DNA of 64,000 nt from NCBI GenBank assembly GCA_044223805.1, contig JBGALP010000003.1, forward strand, positions 17,674 to 81,673, written 5' to 3'. Each line of letters begins with the position of its first letter. Positions within the stretch are counted from its first letter, which is position 1. The notes beneath the pieces are model-generated. The model saw only the letters and a program-made list of their open reading frames with translations, did not search any database and was not told the DNA's origin. A program made the position numbers and the translations under genes. The DNA comes from Agriterribacter sp. (GTDB taxonomy: Bacteria; Bacteroidota; Bacteroidia; Chitinophagales; Chitinophagaceae). Positions 42,191 to 50,007 of the stretch are shown here, one piece after another.

Positions 42191-42634
42191 CTACATGGTC
42201 ACTTCCCATTCATCTTCTATGCGTTGCCAGTCGTTAAATACTTCTTTACCACCGCGGGCTTTCCAGTCAGAATCAATAGTAAGCTTTGAGCTGATGCCAC
42301 CACGTGGATTGCAGATCATAACAATTCTCAACCTTTCCGGCTCGTACGCTTTCTGAAGATCATCATATATAATATTGATGAGTCTTTCGTACGACACTAC
42401 AATATTTCTTAACTGAAATACATAATGTTTTAATGATTTGAGTTCAATGATTTTTTTGTTGGGATAAAATGTAAGGTATATCGCTGCGAAATCAGGTTGT
42501 TCCTTCACTCCCAAAAAGGTAAATTCAGGAATTTTTGTTTTGATTTCGTACGCCTGGTCTGAAGGATTAGGAATACTCTTCAGCAGTGTCTGATCTATAT
42601 CTTTATACGTTTTAACCGCCACGTTTGTAGTCAT
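42191..42634 (-). CDS. QueF-like T-fold protein lacking the catalytic cysteine
   Basis: PEFT..QPDFA, ELKSLK.Y, PRGGIS as in unimodular QueF, but PEFTFLGVKEQPD replaces PEFTxLCPxTGQPD; start moved to MTTNV at 42634 (ORF track starts at 42688). Confidence 0.8.
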   Translation of the reverse strand: MTTNVAVKTYKDIDQTLLKSIPNPSDQAYEIKTKIPEFTFLGVKEQPDFAAIYLTFYPNKKIIELKSLKHYVFQLRNIVVSYERLINIIYDDLQKAYEPERLRIVMICNPRGGISSKLTIDSDWKARGGKEVFNDWQRIEDEWEVTM

Positions 42635-42735
42635 CTTGTTTACTTGTTCAATGCCTGGTAATAGAGATTCAATAAAAATGTATAACAAGAAAGTAGCGGA
42701 AAAGGCGGGAGTAAGTTATGCTCAGGTATGGGCAT

Positions 42736-42768
42736 AAAAAAACTCTTCCAACAGGTCATCGGAAGAGC
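42736..42768 (-). terminator. Riboswitch expression-platform terminator
   Basis: Minus strand reads CTCTTCC-GATGACCTGTT-GGAAGAG-TTTTTTT. Confidence 0.85.
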
Positions 42769-42804
42769 TATTAATATGTTGATTAGATATCAGCTTTTCG
42801 TCTG

Positions 42805-42927
42805 ACTTATCTGCTTCCGCCCATTGGCGGAACTGGAGTTGGCACCTTTCCCCATACCGCATATATGCGGCACGGAACAGGTTGTCAAGGCTTCATCGGG
42901 CCAGTCCCTCTGCCTTTCTTGATAAGT
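42805..42927 (-). ncRNA. SAM-I (S-box) riboswitch
   Basis: ACTTATCAAGA..GG..GAGGGACTGGCCCGATGAAGCC..ACAACC...GGTGCCAACTCC...GATAAGT, with P1 ACTTATC/GATAAGT; lies upstream of met genes. Confidence 0.95.
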
Positions 42928-42946
42928 GATTTTTAAAGAACTGGCG

Positions 42947-42954
42947 CAAAGGTA
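42947..42954 (-). promoter_or_regulatory. -7 promoter box of the SAM-riboswitch transcript
   Basis: TACCTTTG, 20 nt upstream of P1. Confidence 0.7.
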
Positions 42955-43027
42955 AAGGCAAAACCATCAATTTCTCAAAAAAAAATGTGAATAAGCAAAA
43001 AATGAGTGAAGATTCAACTTTAGTTAT

Positions 43028-43054
43028 TATCTTTGTCCACCACTTTTATAGAGT
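43028..43054 (+). promoter_or_regulatory. -7 promoter box of the cys operon with an overlapping degenerate operator
   Basis: TATCTTTG (43028-43035); TGTCCAC-N7-ATAGAGT resembles the palindrome at 58991. Confidence 0.6.
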
Positions 43055-43069
43055 ATTAAAATCGCTTTG

Positions 43070-43108
43070 ATGGTGATCAATCGAAAATACAATTGTTGCT
43101 GTTGTTGA
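43070..43108 (+). CDS. Putative polycysteine leader peptide MVINRKYNCCCC
   Basis: ATG GTG ATC AAT CGA AAA TAC AAT TGT TGC TGT TGT TGA, between the promoter and cysH. Confidence 0.75.
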   Translation: MVINRKYNCCCC

Positions 43109-43177
43109 AGCAGATGTACTCCTATAAGGAGTGAACAGGAATGATGTTTTTACTTGCCCATCAATATTAAGTGTACT

Positions 43178-43918
43178 ATGACTCAGACGGTTCCACAAAG
43201 CGAAATTCAAAGAATTTCTCAACTAATACAAACCCCGGATATTGCGCAGAATCTCCGCAATATAGCAGCAGCATATCCTGGTAAGGTTGTTTTCTCCACC
43301 AGTTTTAGCTGGGAAGATCAGATCATTGCTCATATTATTTTTAAAGAGCAACTGGATATACAGGTATTTACATTAGATACAGGACGTATGTTTCCTGAAA
43401 CCTATTCAACCTGGAGCCGTACGCTCGAAAAATACAATAAACCCATTACCGCTTATTATCCTGATGCATCAGCATTGCAGGAATTTGTCGCGCAAAAAGG
43501 CCCCAACAGTTTTTACGAATCTGTAGAAAACAGGAAGCAGTGTTGCCATATTCGTAAAGTAGAACCTTTGCAACGCGCATTAAAAAATAAGCAGGTATGG
43601 ATCACCGGCATCCGTGCAGCACACTCGCCAAACAGGCACGATATGCAATCTTTGGAATGGGATGGTGGAAACAATGTAACTAAATACCATCCGCTGCTCG
43701 AATGGTCAACAGAAGAAGTAACTGGTTTTATCAACGATAATAATATTCCTTATAATCCTTTACACGATAAAGGTTTTGTAAGTATAGGTTGTGCACCATG
43801 CACCAGGGCTATTCGTCCTGGTGAAGATTTCCGCGCCGGAAGATGGTGGTGGGAAGATGCTACCAACAAAGAGTGTGGGTTGCATGTGCATGAAGAGGCA
43901 GAAGTAAGTAGTAAGTGA
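43178..43918 (+). CDS. cysH: APS/PAPS reductase, Fe-S (APS-type)
   Basis: LDTG, CCHIRKVEPL, SIGCAPCT, GRWWWE, ECGLH; start moved to MTQTV at 43178 (ORF track starts at 43154). Confidence 0.95.
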   Translation: MTQTVPQSEIQRISQLIQTPDIAQNLRNIAAAYPGKVVFSTSFSWEDQIIAHIIFKEQLDIQVFTLDTGRMFPETYSTWSRTLEKYNKPITAYYPDASALQEFVAQKGPNSFYESVENRKQCCHIRKVEPLQRALKNKQVWITGIRAAHSPNRHDMQSLEWDGGNNVTKYHPLLEWSTEEVTGFINDNNIPYNPLHDKGFVSIGCAPCTRAIRPGEDFRAGRWWWEDATNKECGLHVHEEAEVSSK

Positions 43919-44028
43919 TAAGAGGCAGAAGGCAGTAGTAAGGAGGCAGTTAAAAAATTAGTGTTGAATGCTGAAAGCCGATAGCTGACAGCAATTTCAA
44001 ATCTCAAATTTCAAATCAGAAATCATCT

Positions 44029-44937
44029 ATGAGCGCATATCATTTAGATTATTTAGACGAACTGGAGTCAGAAGCTATTCATATTTTTCGTGAAGTAGCA
44101 GGTCAATTTGAAAAGCCTGCGCTCCTGTTTAGTGGTGGTAAGGATTCTATTGTATTGGTGCATCTTGCGCTGAAAGCATTTCGCCCTGGTAAATTTCCTT
44201 TTCCTTTAGTACATATTGATACAGGACATAATTTTCCGGAAGCGTTGGAATACCGTGATCGGTTAGCCGAAAAGATAGATGAGAAATTAATTGTAAGAAA
44301 TGTAGAAGATACCATCAAGGCTAAAAAGCTTACGGAACAGAAAGGGAAATTCGCCAGCCGCAACCAGTTACAGACCTATACTTTGTTAGATACGATTGAA
44401 GAATTTGGTTTTGATGCCTGTATTGGTGGTGCAAGACGGGACGAAGAAAAAGCAAGGGCGAAAGAAAGAATATTTTCTGTGCGCGATGAATTTGGACAGT
44501 GGGATCCTAAGCGTCAGCGCCCTGAATTGTGGAATACCTATAACGGAAAGATCAACAAAGGCGAAAATGTGCGTGTATTCCCTATAAGCAACTGGACGGA
44601 ACTGGATGTGTGGAATTATATCCGTCGTGAAAAAATTGAATTACCCTCTATCTATTTCGCACACGAACGTGAAGTGCTGGAATATGAAGGACAATATGTA
44701 GCGATATCAGAATTTATCCGCATTGATGAAACCGATGTGATCGTAAATAAGAAAGTACGTTACCGCACCGTAGGTGATATGACATGTACTGCGGCGGTTG
44801 CATCTAATGCAACAACAATTGATGATATCATCAGCGAGATCATAGCTACAAAAACAAGCGAACGCGGCGAAACAAGAATTGATGACAAAGTATCGGAAGC
44901 CGCAATGGAAGACAGGAAGAAGAACGGGTATTTCTAG
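44029..44937 (+). CDS. cysD: Sulfate adenylyltransferase subunit 2
   Basis: FSGGKDS, GGARRDEEKARAKER, RVFPISNWTE, MEDRKKNGYF. Confidence 0.98.
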   Translation: MSAYHLDYLDELESEAIHIFREVAGQFEKPALLFSGGKDSIVLVHLALKAFRPGKFPFPLVHIDTGHNFPEALEYRDRLAEKIDEKLIVRNVEDTIKAKKLTEQKGKFASRNQLQTYTLLDTIEEFGFDACIGGARRDEEKARAKERIFSVRDEFGQWDPKRQRPELWNTYNGKINKGENVRVFPISNWTELDVWNYIRREKIELPSIYFAHEREVLEYEGQYVAISEFIRIDETDVIVNKKVRYRTVGDMTCTAAVASNATTIDDIISEIIATKTSERGETRIDDKVSEAAMEDRKKNGYF

Positions 44938-45069
44938 CTGTAAGCCATCAGCTTTCAGCTATGAGCCGCCTGACATTTTGAAGATAAATTATTGATTATA
45001 TAAGAGCAAGGGTAATCAGCATTATTTCTGATGGCTGACAACTGATAGCTCAAAACTTAATAACTGAAA

Positions 45070-46314
45070 ATGGACATATTACGTTTTATAACCGCTGGAA
45101 GTGTAGATGATGGGAAAAGCACCCTTATTGGTCGTTTGTTATACGATAGTAAAAGTATAATGATTGACCAACTGGAAGCTATTGAAAAACAAACCAGGAA
45201 CAGGGAAGAAGGCGAGATTGATCTTGCATTATTAACAGACGGATTACGTGCAGAAAGAGAACAAGGCATTACTATAGATGTAGCATATAAATATTTCACC
45301 ACGCCTAAGCGTAAATTTATTATTGCTGATGCGCCGGGTCATATACAGTATACGCGTAACATGGTTACGGGTGCATCCAATTCAGACCTTATTATCATTT
45401 TAGTTGACGCCAGAAATGGCGTGGTTGAACAAACCCGCAGGCATTCTATTATTGCTTCGTTATTGAATATGCCGAAAGTAATTGTGGCGGTTAATAAGAT
45501 GGACCTGGTAGATTACTCACAGGATGTATACAACAACATCGTAATTGAATATGCTGAACTGGCAAAAGCGCTCCATCTTAATGATGTAAGCTATATTCCG
45601 CTCAGCGCTTTAAATGGCGATAATATTGTAGAGAAGTCAGCTACTTTATCGTGGTATGAAGGTGAGGCTCTATTACAGCAACTGGAAACGGTGCAGGTAG
45701 AAAAAGCGATTAATCTTGAGCACGCGAGATTTCCGGTGCAGTATGTGATCCGCCCTCAAACAGAAGCCTTGCACGATTATAGAGGATATGCCGGAAAGGT
45801 TATCAGTGGCATTTATAAAAAGGGAGATGCAGTAACCGTATTACCATCGGGTGCAACATCTACCATCAGCGCTATTGAAACAGATGGAGGCAAATTGGTA
45901 GATGAAGCTTTTGCGCCACAGGCAATAGTACTTCATTTGGCAGATGATGTAGATATCAGTAGGGGAGATGTGATTGTACAAAGCAAAGATGTACCACAAA
46001 CGGCGAATGAATTAGAGGTGTTACTATGCTGGATGGACAGTAAACCATTGGTTGCCGGTAATAAATATTTATTGCAGATCAACAGCACCAGGGTTAGAAG
46101 TGTGGTGAAGGATATTGAGTTCAGGCTGGATGTTAATTCACTTGAAAAAAAATACGCACCATCACAGGTAGGGTTAAACGATATTGTAAAAGCGGTAATC
46201 AAAACTGCTCAGCCGGTAGTGTATGATAGTTATGCAGCATTAAGAGCAAGTGGGGGTGCCATATTAATTGACGAAACAAGTAATGTAACCGTAGGAGCGT
46301 GTATGATACAGTAA
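45070..46314 (+). CDS. cysN: Sulfate adenylyltransferase subunit 1 (no fused APS kinase)
   Basis: GSVDDGKSTLIGRL, EREQGITIDVAY, DAPGH, NKMD. Confidence 0.97.
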   Translation: MDILRFITAGSVDDGKSTLIGRLLYDSKSIMIDQLEAIEKQTRNREEGEIDLALLTDGLRAEREQGITIDVAYKYFTTPKRKFIIADAPGHIQYTRNMVTGASNSDLIIILVDARNGVVEQTRRHSIIASLLNMPKVIVAVNKMDLVDYSQDVYNNIVIEYAELAKALHLNDVSYIPLSALNGDNIVEKSATLSWYEGEALLQQLETVQVEKAINLEHARFPVQYVIRPQTEALHDYRGYAGKVISGIYKKGDAVTVLPSGATSTISAIETDGGKLVDEAFAPQAIVLHLADDVDISRGDVIVQSKDVPQTANELEVLLCWMDSKPLVAGNKYLLQINSTRVRSVVKDIEFRLDVNSLEKKYAPSQVGLNDIVKAVIKTAQPVVYDSYAALRASGGAILIDETSNVTVGACMIQ

Positions 46315-46415
46315 AGGTAAAAGGTTAATGGTAAAAGGTATAAGGAATACAATTTTATCCTTAGACTATAAACCGCAAACCTTAAACCTTACACCCTCCA
46401 CCATATACCATAAAA

Positions 46416-47243
46416 GTGTCTCAAAAAAAATTCATACAACAACTGGCAGAGCGGAAGAAAAAAACTTTCCTTGCCTTTCCTGATAAGGAACTGGCTAGGC
46501 TGTTTATTGATGATTTGTTTGGTTTATTGTTTCTGCCAGCTACGCTCCGTCAGCAGAATACATACGAACTGGAAAAGGCATTCGAATCCTTAAAAAGCCA
46601 TTTGTCAACATTAGTGTATGAAGTATTGAGAGATGGTAAGGCTGCGCAATCTGTAACCGATGATTTTTTTAATGCGTTACCTGATATATACGATACGCTT
46701 TTAAAAGATGCCGAAGCTATTTTGCAATACGATCCGGCAGCAGAATCGGCAGAGGAAGTAATTGTAGCCTATCCTGGCTTTTATGCTATCGCTATATATC
46801 GTTTGGCGCATCAGCTTTGGAAACAGCAGGTGAAAATTCTGCCAAGATTGCTTACCGAATATGCGCATAGTAAAACGGGCGTAGATATTCATCCTGGTGC
46901 TACCATAGGCGATTCCTTTTTTATAGATCATGGAACAGGAATTGTGATTGGCGAAACAACGGTGATTGGCAAAAATGTTAAGATATACCAGGGCGTTACA
47001 TTGGGGGCGTTAAGCGCGTCGCGTGAGCATGCAAAGGGTAAAAGACATCCAACCATAAAAGATAATGTGATTGTGTATTCCGGCGCTACCATATTAGGTG
47101 GCAAAACCGTGATTGGTGAGAACAGCATTATTGGTGGAAATGTATGGTTAACTGAAAGTGTGGCTGCCCATATGCTTGTAGAACATAAAAGCGGTGTGGT
47201 GCTGAAAGAAAAAACGGTTACGGATAATATTAATCAAAACTAA
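46416..47243 (+). CDS. cysE: Serine O-acetyltransferase
   Basis: DPAA, YPG, DIHPGATIG, FIDHGTG, YQGVTLG, KRHPT. Confidence 0.93.
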   Translation: MSQKKFIQQLAERKKKTFLAFPDKELARLFIDDLFGLLFLPATLRQQNTYELEKAFESLKSHLSTLVYEVLRDGKAAQSVTDDFFNALPDIYDTLLKDAEAILQYDPAAESAEEVIVAYPGFYAIAIYRLAHQLWKQQVKILPRLLTEYAHSKTGVDIHPGATIGDSFFIDHGTGIVIGETTVIGKNVKIYQGVTLGALSASREHAKGKRHPTIKDNVIVYSGATILGGKTVIGENSIIGGNVWLTESVAAHMLVEHKSGVVLKEKTVTDNINQN

Positions 47244-47256
47244 CGCACGTATTTAC

Positions 47257-48105
47257 ATGTCAACGGGCAATAACATACAAGGAAAAGTGATACTGGCTGC
47301 CTCCGGTCCTGGTGATCCTGAACTGATAACGGTGAAGGCTGTGCGCTGGTTGCAGCAGGCAGATGTAGTGCTTACAGATCGTTTAGTGAGTAACGAAATA
47401 TTAAAGCAGTATGTTAATCCAGCTGCTGAAGTGGTATATGTGGGCAAACAATGCCGCCGCGGCAATTCTACGCCACAGGAAACCATCAATGAACTGATAT
47501 GTGAACATGCGCAGCAGGGCAAACTGGTAGTACGCTTAAAAGGTGGCGACGTGTCGGTTTTTTCTAATATACTCGACGAGCTACAAGTATTGAAAGAAAA
47601 CAATATTCCGTACGAGATAGTACCAGGTGTAACATCAGCGCTGGGCGCCGCTGCTTATGCGGGCATACCTTTAACGGCGAGAGGCTATTCAACAGCGGTG
47701 CGGTTGCTTACTTATTATAAATCAGATATTGTTGCTGATGAATACTGGAAGGAGCTTGCTGCTACAAAAGATACATTGGTATTTTATATGTCTGCCGAAA
47801 CGGTAGACGGTATAGTGAGTAAGTTGATAAAAAATGGTGTTGCAGATGATACTTTTATAGCGGTGGTTGAACAGGCAACTACACCATTGCAGCAGGTACA
47901 CGTAACCAATATTTACGATTTTTCACAATTACCCGATAGATCCTTTACTTCGCCATCATTGGTAATAGTAGGAAGGGTAGTGGCCTTACACGAACAATTT
48001 GCATGGTTGACAAATAGTGAAGAAACTGCTCATTATTTTAAACCAGTTGCTGCCATACAAAATAATTTAAATCATAACAAGCAAGCCCATGTTAGCAGAG
48101 CATAG
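47257..48105 (+). CDS. cobA: Uroporphyrinogen-III C-methyltransferase
   Basis: GPGDPELIT, VVRLKGGD, VPGVTS, GIPLTARG. Confidence 0.93.
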   Translation: MSTGNNIQGKVILAASGPGDPELITVKAVRWLQQADVVLTDRLVSNEILKQYVNPAAEVVYVGKQCRRGNSTPQETINELICEHAQQGKLVVRLKGGDVSVFSNILDELQVLKENNIPYEIVPGVTSALGAAAYAGIPLTARGYSTAVRLLTYYKSDIVADEYWKELAATKDTLVFYMSAETVDGIVSKLIKNGVADDTFIAVVEQATTPLQQVHVTNIYDFSQLPDRSFTSPSLVIVGRVVALHEQFAWLTNSEETAHYFKPVAAIQNNLNHNKQAHVSRA

Positions 48106-49798
48106 ACTTAAAGCTTTTCAGGAACTCGTTACGCAGTCTTCGAGAGAAGAACTGATTTGGATGAATGGTTTTTTAGCGGGATTGGTATCCGCTGAGGAAA
48201 AAGCTGCAGGCGCTGGTAGTACTGCAACACCGGTTGCTTCGGCTACCCGTGTTAATAAAATTTCCATACTTTTTGGTACAGAAACCGGCAACTCTAAAAA
48301 AGTGGCTACTGAATTTGCCGCCCAGGCAAAAAAGCATGGCGTTAATGTAAAACTTACTTCGCTTGATCAATACCGTATTAATGATCTGGCAAAAGAAGAA
48401 TATACTTTTATAGTGATCAGTACACAGGGCGATGGCGAACCACCGGCAACAGCTAAAAAATTTTACGACTATATTCACCAGCAAACGGTGAATCTTGACA
48501 AAATGAAATTCAGCGTGCTGGCGTTGGGCGATACATCTTATCCTTTGTTTTGTAAAGTAGGCGAAGATGTAGATACACAATTAACAAAGCTGGGCGCAAA
48601 ACGCATTGTGCCTTTGCAGAAATGTGATACGGATTATGCGGAAGATGCAGCCTTCTGGTTTGCAAATGTAATGAAGGCATTAAGTGAAGGCGGCACCAGC
48701 GCTGCTCCGTCGCCATCCGCGGCTAAACCATCTAAAGGAAAGAAAAATTACACAGGAACTATACTGTCAAATTATAATTTGAATGATCGTGATTCAAACA
48801 AACAGACACATCATATCGAAATAGCAGTTGATGAAGAAGTGCATTATGAGCCAGGTGATTCTATCGGGCTTATTCCGCATAATAAAAAAGAAACCGTTGA
48901 TGCCATACTGGCCTTAACCGGAACCGATGCGGATACGGCTATCGAATTCAGAAAAGAAGGATATACGATTGGTGAAGCGCTTACCAAAAAAATCAATATC
49001 ATTCATTTACCCGAAAGAGTAGTGAAACAGTATGCAGCGGTAACACAGCAGGAGATTCCAGATACGCGTATAGATCTGTTGGATCTGTTGCGTATTTATC
49101 CTGTAAAAGATGCTGCGCAATTTGAACAGGTGATCCATATAATGGAACCAATTACACCAAGATTGTATTCCGTATCATCATCGCCCGAAGCACATAGCGG
49201 CGAAGTACACGTTACTGTTGCAAGGGATAAGTTCTCCGTTAATAACGAGGTGAAATTTGGACTTTGTTCAGATTACCTCTCTCAACTTCCGGTTGATGCT
49301 ACGCTTGATTTTTACGTGCATAAAAACAGCCAGTTTAAATTACCTGCTGCTGATAAAGATGTGATAATGATAGGGCCAGGAACAGGTATAGCGCCTTTCC
49401 GTTCTTTCATTGCTGAAAGAGATGCAACCGGTGCCGGTGGCCGCAACTGGCTTTTCTTCGGGGATCAAAAATTTACTTCCGACTTTTTATATCAAACAGA
49501 AATACAGAACTGGGTTAATACCGGTGTACTCACCAGGGTAAATCTTGCTTTTTCGAGAGACCAGAAATCGAAATTGTATGTACAGCATCGTATGCTGGAG
49601 CAAGCGGCTGAATTGTGGAGTTGGATTGAAGCCGGAGCATATATTTACATATGTGGCGCTAAAGCACCGATGAGTGTTGATGTAGAAAATACATTGCTGC
49701 AGATTATAGAAAGATACGGTGGAAAATCTATCAATGATGCTATTGCATTGCTGGATACATTAAAAGAAGAAGGAAGGTATTTGCTGGATGTATATTAA
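48089..49798 (+). CDS. cysJ: Sulfite reductase flavoprotein subunit (diflavin reductase)
   Basis: GTETGN, STQGDGEPP, RLYSVSS, GPGTGIAPFR, YVQHR, YLLDVY. Confidence 0.93.
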   Translation: MLAEHRLKAFQELVTQSSREELIWMNGFLAGLVSAEEKAAGAGSTATPVASATRVNKISILFGTETGNSKKVATEFAAQAKKHGVNVKLTSLDQYRINDLAKEEYTFIVISTQGDGEPPATAKKFYDYIHQQTVNLDKMKFSVLALGDTSYPLFCKVGEDVDTQLTKLGAKRIVPLQKCDTDYAEDAAFWFANVMKALSEGGTSAAPSPSAAKPSKGKKNYTGTILSNYNLNDRDSNKQTHHIEIAVDEEVHYEPGDSIGLIPHNKKETVDAILALTGTDADTAIEFRKEGYTIGEALTKKINIIHLPERVVKQYAAVTQQEIPDTRIDLLDLLRIYPVKDAAQFEQVIHIMEPITPRLYSVSSSPEAHSGEVHVTVARDKFSVNNEVKFGLCSDYLSQLPVDATLDFYVHKNSQFKLPAADKDVIMIGPGTGIAPFRSFIAERDATGAGGRNWLFFGDQKFTSDFLYQTEIQNWVNTGVLTRVNLAFSRDQKSKLYVQHRMLEQAAELWSWIEAGAYIYICGAKAPMSVDVENTLLQIIERYGGKSINDAIALLDTLKEEGRYLLDVY

Positions 49799-49802
49799 AA
49801 TG

Positions 49803-49973
49803 CCCCACCCGCCTCCCCGAAGGGGAGGAGACCGGAGCACAAGGGCCTGCTTTTCGAAGATGCTAAAAAATGAAAGTTGTTGATTATAGCAGGTAGCATT
49901 ACAAAAGTTGAATTGGAAGATATAGTGTTGAACAATGATATATAGCACCGCTCTCTTTCCTTCGGAAAGAGAG
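49803..49973. repeat. Pair of GC-rich REP-like palindromes
   Basis: CCTCCCC-GAA-GGGGAGG near 49812 and CTCTCTTTCC-TTC-GGAAAGAGAG at 49951-49973. Confidence 0.6.
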
Positions 49974-50007
49974 ATGGAAAGATAGGCTTTTAAATAAAAA
50001 TTTTATT

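Noticed and set aside
42191-42634. Calling the T-fold gene canonical queF or folE
   Set aside because: The QueF catalytic Cys is absent and the FolE zinc ligands are not evident, so no gene symbol was assigned.
42640-42735. 31-codon minus-strand ORF (MPIPEHNLLPPF...) between the riboswitch terminator and the QueF-like gene
   Set aside because: Its ATG is just the end of the terminator T-tract (TTTTTTTATG), and it has only one Cys and no Met/Cys run, so it is likely chance.
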